Of a stretch of 32,000 nt of DNA, positions 16,234 through 26,003 are shown piece by piece (the first letter of the stretch is position 1; each line of letters starts with the position of its first letter). The notes under the pieces were generated by a model, which saw nothing but the letters and a program-made list of their open reading frames with translations, was not told the DNA's origin and made no database searches. Location: assembly GCF_040207875.1 (NCBI RefSeq), contig NZ_CP157942.1, positions 64,001-96,000 of the forward strand. The letters run 5' to 3'. Position numbers and translations under genes: made by a program. Source of the DNA: Wolbachia endosymbiont of Armadillidium arcangelii (GTDB lineage: Bacteria > Pseudomonadota > Alphaproteobacteria > Rickettsiales > Anaplasmataceae).

Positions 16234-17810
16234 TCACTGCCATTAAGTTAAGGGAAAGTGATGGACTGTATTGTAAAATCAGGTAAGATCCACAAATTAA
16301 AAGAAGTAATGACATGAGTAAAAAAAAGAATAATCATGTTTATAAAAAATAAATTGATGAGTTTAAACTTTATAAACGCACACAGAGCATCCTCAAAAGA
16401 CTTCTCACGAAAAAGAAAGCTGCCCTTCATTAATGTATTTCTCCTGATTTTTAGAAAGAGTGTAAAGTCATTACAAGTAATGCTTAATGAGTTTGTTCTG
16501 CATACAAGAAAAGATTACACAATTACGGCAAGTGCATTTACTCAAGCAAGAAAGAAGCTAAAGCATACTGCGTTTTCAGAGTTAAATGATGATATAGTTT
16601 CCCTATACTACCAAGATCAGGAATTTAAAACCCACCATGGCTTCAGAGTACTTGCATTTGATGCTTCAATACTGATTCTGCCAAAGAGCGACAAAATAAT
16701 AGGCGAGTTTGGCTCAAGAGCAGTATGGAATGGAATCCAGAGATTTGAAGACTATACAAGTGCAACCTTTGAAGTTTGCTACGATGTGCTAAATAATATT
16801 GCAATAAAATCTGTGCTAAGTAGAGGTGACAGCTATGAGGTTGATTTAGCGATCGGTATGCTTGAATCCATAAAATCAGACGATTTGTTAATCTGTGATA
16901 GAGGATACGTATCTTATCGATTTCTTGCTGAGCTTACAGGAAGGAAAATCAATTATATAATTCGCTGTCCAAGTTCGTCTTTCAATGAAATAAACGCTAT
17001 GTTTAAGCCGGAAAGCCCATCTAGTATGGTGGTAGTGTCTACCGCACCTATTAAAGTAGCAAGACAGCTACGAAAGCTAGGATTACCTGATGAGATGAAA
17101 TTCAGGTTAGTCAAAATAATACTTTCTTCTGGAGAAGTTGAAGTGTTAGTAACATCTCTGTTAGATGAGCAAAGTTTTACAGTCGAAGAGTTTGAGAGAT
17201 TATATTACTTGCGCTGGGGAGTAGAAACATTTTTTTCTAGGCTGAAGGGAAGATTAAATTTAGAGAATTTCACAGGAAAAAGTATTGAAACTATCAAGCA
17301 GGATTTTTGGTCAACTATCTTCATCAGTAATCTAGAAAGTATCATGATAGAAGATGATGAAGAGACGTTGAGCGCACAGAATAGTAAACTAAAAAAAAGC
17401 ATCAATAAATCTGTCTCATTTAATGCGATTAAAAACTTAGCCTTTGATATTTTTTCTACAGAGTCAGACATAGACTGCATTATGGATCGACTATCACAGT
17501 TATTTTTGATGAACACTTTAGTGGTAAGAAAAGGGAGAAGAGTTGATCGTCATAAGATATCTGATATTCGTTCACTCAACTACCAGAAAAGAGCTAGAAA
17601 ACATGTGTTTTAAATTCAAGATATCTTTTCAGTATCATTGCATTAGTACATTCTTTGCAAAATAACCTGCAATTATTACTTTTTTAAATAACTTGCACTT
17701 TTCAGACTCCCTTTTCTTAAAAATTCACCCTAGTATTTACCATAATTATCAATCGCTTCAAATTTTTTGTCCAATCTTAACTTCTCTTTCCCTTAACTTA
17801 ATGGCAGTGA
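16234..17810 (+). mobile_element. IS4-family IS, full-length copy B (1577 bp)
   Basis: Terminal inverted repeats TCACTGCCATTAAGTTAAGGGAAAG (16234-) and CTTTCCCTTAACTTAATGGCAGTGA (-17810). The flanks GGGGAGTA and TGCCAGTG show no target duplication. Confidence 0.9.
16336..17613 (+). CDS. IS4-family DDE transposase, intact (425 aa)
   Basis: Single uninterrupted ORF filling the element, with YYLRWGVETFF and DDE_Tnp_1-like text. Confidence 0.85.
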   Translation: MFIKNKLMSLNFINAHRASSKDFSRKRKLPFINVFLLIFRKSVKSLQVMLNEFVLHTRKDYTITASAFTQARKKLKHTAFSELNDDIVSLYYQDQEFKTHHGFRVLAFDASILILPKSDKIIGEFGSRAVWNGIQRFEDYTSATFEVCYDVLNNIAIKSVLSRGDSYEVDLAIGMLESIKSDDLLICDRGYVSYRFLAELTGRKINYIIRCPSSSFNEINAMFKPESPSSMVVVSTAPIKVARQLRKLGLPDEMKFRLVKIILSSGEVEVLVTSLLDEQSFTVEEFERLYYLRWGVETFFSRLKGRLNLENFTGKSIETIKQDFWSTIFISNLESIMIEDDEETLSAQNSKLKKSINKSVSFNAIKNLAFDIFSTESDIDCIMDRLSQLFLMNTLVVRKGRRVDRHKISDIRSLNYQKRARKHVF

Positions 17811-18173
17811 TGCCAGTGTCTGGGCACTGGCATCCTACAGATAATGCTCGTACAGCCGTGCATTACACGCTGCTCTTTGAGTCACAAGTATTAAGAAATT
17901 CACTAAATAGAAAAAAGGCAAAAGAATCCCCGTATAGCGAGTTTTGACCCTATAATAATTTAAATTGGCGTTGTAATAATGTGCTAACGCTTATTTTAAG
18001 CGCGTTTTGGCTGAATGTAGAAAAAATAAAAAGACATGCAGCCGCTATAATTTTTTGTAATTTGCCAATAAATATCTGAGTTTTTTACTGAATTTTGTCG
18101 TTGAGCCCAAAAACAAGGATGAATACTCTTATTGGTATGATAAGGGAATTGGCGGAGTTTGTAAAGGAGTTTT
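17811..18173 (+). repeat. ~390-bp dispersed repeat, copy L, starting in a GC-rich hairpin cut by IS4
   Basis: Roughly 85-90% identical by eye, with small indels, to the reverse complement of 30830-31223. Confidence 0.8.
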
Positions 18174-18242
18174 ATGGGTTTAAAGTCTACATAAAAATCG
18201 TTTACAATCGACGTTCAATATGATAAGTTGAAAAAGGTTTAT

Positions 18243-18314
18243 TCCTCGGTAGCTCAGTGGTAGAGCAGTTGGCTGTTAACCAATTGGTCGCTGGTTCGAA
18301 TCCGGCCCGGGGAG
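18243..18314 (+). tRNA. tRNA-Asn (anticodon GTT)
   Basis: Manual cloverleaf: acceptor TCCTCGG/CCGGGGA, D arm GCTC-AGTGGTA-GAGC, anticodon arm GTTGG-CTGTTAA-CCAAT, T arm GCTGG-TTCGAAT-CCGGC, discriminator G. CCA is not encoded. Confidence 0.9.
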
Positions 18315-18349
18315 CGTTGATTTCTGTTGTAATATATATTTACAGCCCA

Positions 18350-19090
18350 CTATTCTCTTCTGTCACTTGTTTTCTTACTATTAAAATGCAAAGATGTCTG
18401 TGTATCGCTTAGCCTACTCTCTGGCTCCCCTCCTATTTTTCTTTTATTACACTTCCTTTTTAATTCAGGTAGAATATTTTTAGGCAACGTGCTATCAATA
18501 CTGCAATAATTGAAAATAAGTGAAGTAAGACGTACCAAATTTCCATTAGCTAGAGTTTTTGCACCTCTGTAATTAATGCTGTTATCATATACTTTAAGTG
18601 TAATAAGGTTTGTAAGATTTCCACTCGCTAAAGCCTTTGCACCTTTGTCACTAATTTCATTCCATCCTAAACTCAGTAAAGTAAGTTTTTTAAGATTTCC
18701 ACTTGCTAAAGCTTTTGCACCTCTATCGCCAATTTTATTATCATATAATTTAAGCTCAGTAAGGCTTGTAAGATTTCCACTTGCTAAAGCCTCTACACCC
18801 TCATCATCGATTTCGTTTCCTCCTAAATCAAGTGAAGTAAGATTTGTAAGATTTCCGCTTGCTAAAACCTTTGCACCTTCTGTATCAATACAACAGCAAC
18901 TCAGATCAAGTGAAGTAAGATGTGAAAGCTTAGCTAGTTCTTTTATAACTTCATAATTAATGCTTGAACATCGTAAAATAAGCTTTGTAATGTGTGTATT
19001 GTGTTTTAAAAAGTTTACGAATTTGTTTATATTAATTATAGTGCTTGATGTTGCTAAAATATTAGCTTTTACATATTGGGTAAAACTCAT
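18350..19090 (-). CDS. Leucine-rich-repeat protein (RNI/ribonuclease-inhibitor-like, ~25-aa units) with basic C-terminal tail
   Basis: At least six units of the form LTSLDLGGNEIDDEGVEALASGNLTN. The C-terminus contains KRKCNKRK. Confidence 0.8.
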   Translation of the reverse strand: MSFTQYVKANILATSSTIININKFVNFLKHNTHITKLILRCSSINYEVIKELAKLSHLTSLDLSCCCIDTEGAKVLASGNLTNLTSLDLGGNEIDDEGVEALASGNLTSLTELKLYDNKIGDRGAKALASGNLKKLTLLSLGWNEISDKGAKALASGNLTNLITLKVYDNSINYRGAKTLANGNLVRLTSLIFNYCSIDSTLPKNILPELKRKCNKRKIGGEPESRLSDTQTSLHFNSKKTSDRRE

Positions 19091-19286
19091 TTGACTTTCT
19101 TATTAAAAGTAGGAAGTGTTTTAGTAAAAACTTCAGCAACTGTCAATCACTTTAATGAAATATTTTATGAAAAACCTCATATACCATTGCCTATAAGCAG
19201 CTTTTTCTATCTCCTACTTTAACGCAAAAGTTGTGAGGAGAGTTTGTTTTTGGTATCATATTAAATCTATAAAATTCTAGTATTAT

Positions 19287-20921
19287 ATGAACTTTAAATC
19301 GGTTGTTTTATGCATACTAGATGGCTGGGGGAATGGAATAGAAAGCAGTAAATACAACGCTATCAGCAATGCAAATCCACCCTGTTGGCAATATATTAGC
19401 TCTAATTACCCAAAATGCAGTCTATCCACTTGTGGAACTGATGTTGGATTACCAGAAGGCCAAATAGGCAATTCAGAAGTTGGCCATATGAATATTGGCA
19501 GTGGTAGAGTGGTAATGCAAAGTCTGCAACGCATTAATCAAGAAATCGAAACGATAGAAAATAATGTAAATCTAAAGAATTTTATTGATGATCTAAAAAG
19601 TAAGAACGGTATATGCCATATAATGGGATTAGTTTCAGATGGCGGTGTCCATTCGCATCAAAAGCACATTTCAGCTTTAGCAAATAAAATATCACAGCGC
19701 GGAATTAAAGTAGTAATACATGCATTTTTAGATGGCAGAGACACATTACCAAATTCAGGAAAAAAATGCATTCAAGAATTTGCAGAGAGTATAAAGGACA
19801 ATGACATAAGAATTGCCACTGTCTCTGGGCGTTATTATGCTATGGACCGTGATAATAGGTGGGAAAGAACAATTGAGGCTTATGAGGCTATCACATTTGC
19901 AAAGGCACCTCGCCACGATGATGTAGTATTGCTTATTGATGAAAATTATCAAAATAATATAACTGATGAGTTTATCAGGCCTGCAGTAATAGGTGATTAT
20001 CAAGGTATACAACCAGAAGATGGATTGCTATTGGCTAACTTTCGTGCTGATCGAATGATACAATTGGCAAGTATTTTGCTTAACAAAACAGACTATATAA
20101 AATCCTCTGTCATCCCAGTGCTTGACACTGGGATCCAGAAAGAAGAAAATATATGGATTCCAGCGTCACGCGCTGGAATGACACCAACCAGCGCTGCTAA
20201 TCTTTCATTAAAACAATGGTCATGCGAGAAATTCACTGAAGTTGCAAAATTCTCATCAATTTTAAGCATGATGCAATACAAAGCAGACTTAAAAATTCCT
20301 TATCTTTTTCCTCCTGAATCTTTCGCTAACACTTTGGGGCAGGTAATAGCAGACAATAAATTATGGCAACTGCGCATTGCTGAAACTGAGAAATATGCTC
20401 ATGTGACTTTCTTTTTCAATTGCGGAAGAGAAGAACCTTTTTCCGGTGAAGAAAGAATACTAATTCCTTCACCAAAAGTTAAAACTTATGATCTGCAGCC
20501 TAAAATGTCAGCCTTCGAGCTCACAGAAGAGCTTGTGAAAAAAATTCATTCTCAAGAATTTTCACTGATAGTTGTAAACTACGCTAATCCTGATATGGTG
20601 GGACACACAGGTAACATAAAAGCAGCCGAGCAAGCTGTGCTAGCTGTAGACGATTGCCTTGCAAGAGTGCTGAGTGCTGCTGAAGAAGTTGGTAACACCG
20701 CACTCATTATTACGGCAGACCATGGTAATGTAGAATGTATGTTCGATGAAGAAAACAACACACTTCATACAGCACACACTCTAAATAAAGTTCCATTCGT
20801 TGTATCTTGCGAAAATCTAAAATTAAGAGATGGAAGACTATCTGATATTGCCCCTACTATTTTACAGCTACTTGGACTCAAAAAGCCAAATGAAATGGCG
20901 GGTAGTTCGTTGATTGTATAA
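19287..20921 (+). CDS. gpmI: 2,3-bisphosphoglycerate-independent phosphoglycerate mutase
   Basis: N-terminal [20 protein letters not shown] (catalytic Ser), DGGVHSH, and C-terminal [12 protein letters not shown] and ITADHGN motifs. Confidence 0.9.
   Translation: MNFKSVVLCILDGWGNGIESSKYNAISNANPPCWQYISSNYPKCSLSTCGTDVGLPEGQIGNSEVGHMNIGSGRVVMQSLQRINQEIETIENNVNLKNFIDDLKSKNGICHIMGLVSDGGVHSHQKHISALANKISQRGIKVVIHAFLDGRDTLPNSGKKCIQEFAESIKDNDIRIATVSGRYYAMDRDNRWERTIEAYEAITFAKAPRHDDVVLLIDENYQNNITDEFIRPAVIGDYQGIQPEDGLLLANFRADRMIQLASILLNKTDYIKSSVIPVLDTGIQKEENIWIPASRAGMTPTSAANLSLKQWSCEKFTEVAKFSSILSMMQYKADLKIPYLFPPESFANTLGQVIADNKLWQLRIAETEKYAHVTFFFNCGREEPFSGEERILIPSPKVKTYDLQPKMSAFELTEELVKKIHSQEFSLIVVNYANPDMVGHTGNIKAAEQAVLAVDDCLARVLSAAEEVGNTALIITADHGNVECMFDEENNTLHTAHTLNKVPFVVSCENLKLRDGRLSDIAPTILQLLGLKKPNEMAGSSLIV
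20109..20183. repeat. Palindromic repeat element (two CCAGYG hairpins) lying in-frame inside gpmI
   Basis: GTCATCCCAGTGCTTGACACTGGGATCC ... GGATTCCAGCGTCACGCGCTGGAATGAC, the same hairpin family as the intergenic copies listed below. Confidence 0.75.
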
Positions 20922-21137
20922 TTTTTCGCATTATTCTCTAACTGGATCTGCACAGCTGTTGTAATTTGAAATATCGTAAGGGTGTCATTCAAGTAGCTTC
21001 TTATGTGTTGTCATCCCAGTGCCCAAGCAACAAGGACAACATTGCAAATTTAGAGTTCAAAAGAGTTATTCCTCGAGAACTATTGAGTCAGAAAGCTGGC
21101 GCTGAATTTGTATATAATGTTGATCTTGGAGGTTTTT

Positions 21138-21812
21138 ATGAATAATAGTGAGAATAAAAGAAAAGAAAAATTAGAAACTAGAATTTTATCAAGCAAAGAC
21201 AGGTCTCTGCTTGATCATGAGCTATTGGAACTTATACTGTATTCTGTATGCGAAAAAGGAGAAAGCAGAAATGTTGCAGAGAAACTAATAGCGCTGTTCA
21301 ATAGTGTGGGAAAAGTAATTAGTGCTGATCTTTATGAGCTAAAAAGCGTTGTAGGAATGAATGATGCATCTGTAGCAAGTATTCAATGTGTGAGAGAAAT
21401 TATAAAAAGGATACTGAAAGGCAAATTAGAAGAGTTATCAATTATGGATAATAGAGAAAAGCTAATAGAGTACTTGAAGGCAACAATAGGGCAGTTCAGA
21501 AAAGAAGGCTTACGAGTGATATACTTGGATCCAGGTAACCGTTTGGTGCACGAGTATGTTCAAGACACCGGAACTGTAAACAAAACACCTTTTTACATAA
21601 GAGAAATAGTCAAAAGGGGATTATTGGTCGAAGCAATGTCTGCTATAGTAGCACATAATCATCCGAGCGGAGACCAAGAACCATCTGAGGAAGATGAAAA
21701 GAATACACGGAAATTAGAGTTGGCATGTGATAATGTAGGAATCAAATTAATGGATCATGTAATAATAACAGAAAAAAGTCACTTTAGTTTTTATGATAAT
21801 GGCTTAATGTGA
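21138..21812 (+). CDS. radC: RadC-like JAB/MPN-domain protein (backbone copy)
   Basis: IVAHNHPSGDQEPSEEDEKNT motif. Start chosen at the ATG at 21138, preceded by GGAGG (21128-21132). It aligns with the N-terminus of the 11169..11825 copy (..RILSS/RILES..). Confidence 0.85.
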   Translation: MNNSENKRKEKLETRILSSKDRSLLDHELLELILYSVCEKGESRNVAEKLIALFNSVGKVISADLYELKSVVGMNDASVASIQCVREIIKRILKGKLEELSIMDNREKLIEYLKATIGQFRKEGLRVIYLDPGNRLVHEYVQDTGTVNKTPFYIREIVKRGLLVEAMSAIVAHNHPSGDQEPSEEDEKNTRKLELACDNVGIKLMDHVIITEKSHFSFYDNGLM

Positions 21813-21941
21813 TACTAGAATTGAAATGGGGTGGTTTCACTTCACCCTTTTTCAAACCTTTGTTTAACTCTCTGTGGAAAAGAAAATTGTTTCAGTTTTC
21901 ATGAGAATGGGTTACTGTAACGGTAAAGTTAAGGTAAAGCA

Positions 21942-22880
21942 ATGGAGTTTTTATCATATAGTTCTGAGCAGCTCAAGCAATATTTTTTAGCACTAAGCAA
22001 TGAAGAAAAAATTACTAACTATAGAAGGTTGCTGAAAGAAGCAAAAATTTTACTTGAAAAAGAAAGTAGTGATATAAATCAGCTTAAAAAGCTAAGTAAT
22101 GCAGCCGTTGCTATAGAAGAAACTACTGAGCAAGAATTACTGAAGGAATTTAATGATGACCATCCACTGCGAGAAGTGAATGTTATAGTCTATCCTAAAA
22201 AAGATGATAGTGAAGTAAATTACTTATTCAGCTTGAGCGATTCATCAGAATTGTATGATGTGAAGGAAGATAGAGAAAAAGCGTTGTACCAGGCAATAAA
22301 ATCAAGTGATATTGAGATAATAAAGCATTTGCTAATAATTGTGTTACCTGATAACGCTAAAAAGGTACGCAAGCTAAACTCAAATTACTTAAAAGAGCTA
22401 GAAACATTTCTATCAAAAGGCTACAAAGAACTGGAAAAAAATCTTTCAAAAGATATGAAAAATTACCTTGAGAAGAAGATAAGGTTTGTCAGCTTTTTAT
22501 GCGATTTTAAATATCAAGAAAATCCAATAGAGTCATTTGCATCCCAAGCAGATGTTGATTATCAAATAGATAAATTTTTACTTTCTTTGATTGCGGAAAA
22601 TACCAAAGAGAAAGAGCTATTAAGTAAAATAAACGAAATGATGGAACTTTTAGAAAAGCATGAAAGATTTGATGAATTAGAATACAAAGTGAGGAGACTA
22701 AAATCAGAGCTTGAGGGAGGAAAAAGTAAGTACTTAGCAGAAATTATGGGAGCAAGCATCAAAGAACGAGAAAGGGAGATGAGGGAAATTGAGGAAAAAT
22801 ATATACGGCCGCGTAATTTAATAAATGAAAGGAATGATTTATTAAAGCAGACATTAGCTTTTAAAAGGTACATACATTAA
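21942..22880 (+). CDS. Hypothetical Glu/Lys-rich coiled-coil protein (312 aa)
   Basis: Long ORF with heptad-like charged sequence. No recognisable catalytic motif. Confidence 0.5.
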   Translation: MEFLSYSSEQLKQYFLALSNEEKITNYRRLLKEAKILLEKESSDINQLKKLSNAAVAIEETTEQELLKEFNDDHPLREVNVIVYPKKDDSEVNYLFSLSDSSELYDVKEDREKALYQAIKSSDIEIIKHLLIIVLPDNAKKVRKLNSNYLKELETFLSKGYKELEKNLSKDMKNYLEKKIRFVSFLCDFKYQENPIESFASQADVDYQIDKFLLSLIAENTKEKELLSKINEMMELLEKHERFDELEYKVRRLKSELEGGKSKYLAEIMGASIKEREREMREIEEKYIRPRNLINERNDLLKQTLAFKRYIH

Positions 22881-23116
22881 CTTTAAGTTTTATCTTATTG
22901 TTTTCCCTACCGAAGGTTATCTCACCTTGAGGCAAAGGAAAGGCTAGAATAGTCGCGTATGCTAGCACAACAAGTGCGATATGAAAGCCTACCAAAATAC
23001 TGAAAAAGGGCCTTGGACCAAATGTAGATCAAACAATTGCCAAAGCATGTATAAATATATCTTGCACCACTTGTCCACATGACTATTATATAGCCAGGCT
23101 TGGCGTAGCAGGTTTT

Positions 23117-23210
23117 ATGAATAATAGTGAGGATAAGAGAAGAAAAAAATTAGAAATTCGTATTCTATCAAGTAGAGGTAGGTTCTCTAATTGCATGAAA
23201 GTCAATAATA
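23117..23210 (+). pseudogene. Third radC paralogue, N-terminal ~30 codons only, cut by an IS256-family element
   Basis: MNNSEDKRRKKLEIRILSSRG.. and its upstream GGTTTTATG parallel 21130-21200. The sequence ends at the IS inverted repeat at 23211. Confidence 0.7.
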
Positions 23211-24426
23211 GGGAGTGTTAAATAAACTGTGTCAAACTGCATTTTTAATTCAACTCAATTTTCAATCTGTTGGGAAAGAAAATATCGAGCTGAGATATAG
23301 TCAATGCCCAATCATGTACAGGCATAGTCCATTTCTCCTCCACTTTCTTTATAGCACAATATACCTGTTTATACAAGGCATTTATGCTAGTAAATGAGCC
23401 CTTGGTTTTGGTGAATTTCCTAATTTGCCTATGTAGCCCCTCTATGGGATTAGTAGTATAGATTATCCTCCTAACTGGGTCGGAATACTTAAAATAACCA
23501 GATAGGTTTTCCCAATTATTCTGCCAAGATTATAGGGTACTTTGTGCCCCATTTTTCATCTAATTCCAACAGATAATTCTCGGCAATTTCCTTACTTGAA
23601 GCTTTTCTTTAAATCACTCAAAAAACTCTTTACTAGCTACATACTTCAGTGAGTTACGTATCTGATGCACTATACACATTCTGCATTAGGGAACACACCG
23701 TTTATTGCTGCAGGAAAGCTTTTTAGCCCATCTACACATGCAATTAGAATATCTTCCACTCCTCTCTCTTTGAGATCATTTAGTACTCCCAACCAGAACT
23801 TCACTTTCAGCTAAATAAAACTTCTTTTCTGCCATTTTGCTAATATATTATACATACATTTACTTACACAACTCCTTAAAAAACCATGAAAACTATCGGA
23901 TATACAGACTGCAGCGGACGACTACGCCATTCGTTGATTACTGTTTGTCAGTAATACTTGATATCTCTGCCGCCGATATTTTGTGATCGTAAATTTCCTC
24001 AATATGTGACGCTATATCTCCATGCCACTGGCAAATGTGCTTAAGACCTTTGCTTCAAGTTCTGTTGTTTGTCTTTTTCTAACTATTTGGGGTTCAAAGC
24101 TTCCTTCCCTGTCTCTAGGTGTTAACAACTCAAATGAGTTGTACGTAAAGTTTTTCCCATTTCTTCGATTATTTTCTTCGCTTTCACCAGACAAGTGGTG
24201 TTCTATTTCACCTTCTAGACTCGCCTCCAGCAGCTTTTTTATAAATGGTGTTAATGCTCCCTCCTTTCCTGTCAACGGTCTTCCTTCTCGTATAGACGAC
24301 AGGTTTCTAATTCTTTATAATCTACCAAACCGGTAGTTTTATTTACTTGACTCATGTCAAACCTCCGTTTTTTTATATCAATTATATTTTTATTTCTTGG
24401 TTTGACACAGTTTATTTAACACTCCC
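23211..24426 (-). mobile_element. IS256-family IS, degraded (multiple frameshifts, stops and internal loss)
   Basis: Perfect 26-bp IRs GGGAGTGTTAAATAAACTGTGTCAAA at 23211 and, inverted, at 24426. Minus-strand fragments include GALTPFIKKLLEASLEGEIEHHL, FEPQIVRKRQT, ILIACVDGLKSFPAAI, LDEKWGTKYP and YTTNPIEGLHRQIRKFTKTKG. The flanks do not match (no TSD). Confidence 0.8.
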
Positions 24427-24971
24427 GGAAAGAATGTTGTCGATATTTTTGACATCACGTCTAAATGGCCAGAACCCCTTTCAAAAGCTACAGAATCTAG
24501 TAGCTGTCACTGCTTAGTTCTTTATTCATTCTCACAATCCGTGAACGGTTACTTTCCCACTCTGGTTTCGACAACCTTTTGGAATTCTTCTATTGTCAGA
24601 CCTGTTAGATCTCGAAAATTCCTCGGATGTTCTTTTAGATTATTAAGCTCATTTTACCTCACTTTTTCTTGCTCTTTATATAACCATTTCTCCTCTTTTG
24701 CAGCAGGTCTTTTGCTGCAGTTTTCAATTGCCCAAAATTTATGAATGATGAACCGCCTCTTCCTTTTCTGTTTTTATTGATACCTCTTTTGCCATTTCAT
24801 TGAAAAATTTGTTGAGGTCTTTTGATAGGCAAGTTATTTTATTCATCGTTACTTCTCTCACTAAAAACATATCTGTGAGAACTTGTTATTCTATCTCCTC
24901 ATATCTTTTTCCTTAATTTGACTCCTATGCTTTTTTAAACATTCCCATTTTGAAAATAGTTTAAACGAACT

Positions 24972-26003
24972 TTATAGACTGCATACAAAAGACCTAACAT
25001 CTTTAGCAATGCCTTCATAAATCGCTACTAAATCCTCACTTAGCATTGAAGGATCTCCACAATCAGAAGCACTACATATTTGTGGATCTAGAGGAATTCT
25101 GCCCAAGAGTTTTATTCTTAGCTCTTCAGACATTTTTTTTGCACCGTCTTTTCCAAATATGTGTATTTTTGAATTGTCTTGAACAAAATAGCTCATATTT
25201 TCCACAATGCCAATAATTGGCACGCTGAGCTTTGTGAACATATCATAAATTTTTCGTGCATCAACTAAAGCAAGCTCCTGTGGAGTTGAAACTATTATTG
25301 CCCCAGTTAAACTAAAATTCTCCATCAGACTTAAATGCACATCGCCGGTTCCAGGTGGTGTATCAATGATTAAATATTCTGTATCAGACCACTTTGTTCC
25401 CATTAGCAAGTTGTAAAGTGCTTTTGTGATCATAGGTCCACGCCATATTGCTGCGCAGTCTTTATCGATAAAATAGCCAATTGAAATAGTATAGAGTCCA
25501 TACTTCTCTATAGGCATTGCTTTGCCACTCTGTATTTCTGGTTTTAATTTTTCAGTGTCCAGCATTTTAGGAATCGAAGGACCATATATATCTGCATCAA
25601 CCAGTGCAACTTTATGTTTTAATTCTGCCAACGAGAGAGCCAGGTTTAGTGCAACCGTAGATTTACCCACACCTCCTTTACCAGAGGCAACAACAATTAT
25701 ATTTTCCACTCCTTCAATATGAAGTTTAGCTTTTTGCTGCCCAGCTTGCTTTTGACCAGCAGCAACCACGGTTACTTTCCCTACTCCTGGTATAGCTTTA
25801 ACAGCTTTCTCACAATTTCTTCTTAATTCTTCATTTGCCTGTGTGTTACCAGAAATCTCAAGCGCAAAACCAACATCTCTACCTTTTATGATGATTGAGG
25901 GTATTATACCAAGAGCGATTACATTTTTACCACTTTTTTGCTCTATGACTTTTTTTAAGCTCTCTCTTACGATCTTCTCATTAATCATTGTAGATTTTTC
26001 CAT
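24972..26003 (-). CDS. apbC: Mrp/ApbC-family iron-sulfur cluster carrier ATPase
   Basis: N-terminal DUF59-like region, deviant Walker A VASGKGGVGKST, and a CxxC-like C-terminal region typical of Mrp/NBP35. Confidence 0.85.
   Translation of the reverse strand: MEKSTMINEKIVRESLKKVIEQKSGKNVIALGIIPSIIIKGRDVGFALEISGNTQANEELRRNCEKAVKAIPGVGKVTVVAAGQKQAGQQKAKLHIEGVENIIVVASGKGGVGKSTVALNLALSLAELKHKVALVDADIYGPSIPKMLDTEKLKPEIQSGKAMPIEKYGLYTISIGYFIDKDCAAIWRGPMITKALYNLLMGTKWSDTEYLIIDTPPGTGDVHLSLMENFSLTGAIIVSTPQELALVDARKIYDMFTKLSVPIIGIVENMSYFVQDNSKIHIFGKDGAKKMSEELRIKLLGRIPLDPQICSASDCGDPSMLSEDLVAIYEGIAKDVRSFVCSL

Noticed and set aside
17693-17947. 84-codon ORF 17693..17947.
   Set aside because: It starts inside the IS4 3-prime untranslated end and runs across the IS boundary into the dispersed repeat, so it is an artefact of juxtaposition.
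20995-21040. GTCATCCCAGTGCC half-site as a full palindromic element.
   Set aside because: Only one arm is present and the partner arm is missing. It is counted as a remnant only.
24427-24971. Possible relic of another transposase. Minus-strand fragments include ..HPRNFRDLTGLTIEEFQKVVE.., which resembles the HTH of the 27089..27922 transposase, and there is a short MNKITCLSKDLNKFFNEMAKE ORF.
   Set aside because: The fragments are short, in different frames and not colinear with the intact homologue, and no terminal repeats were found. The region is left unannotated as degraded DNA.
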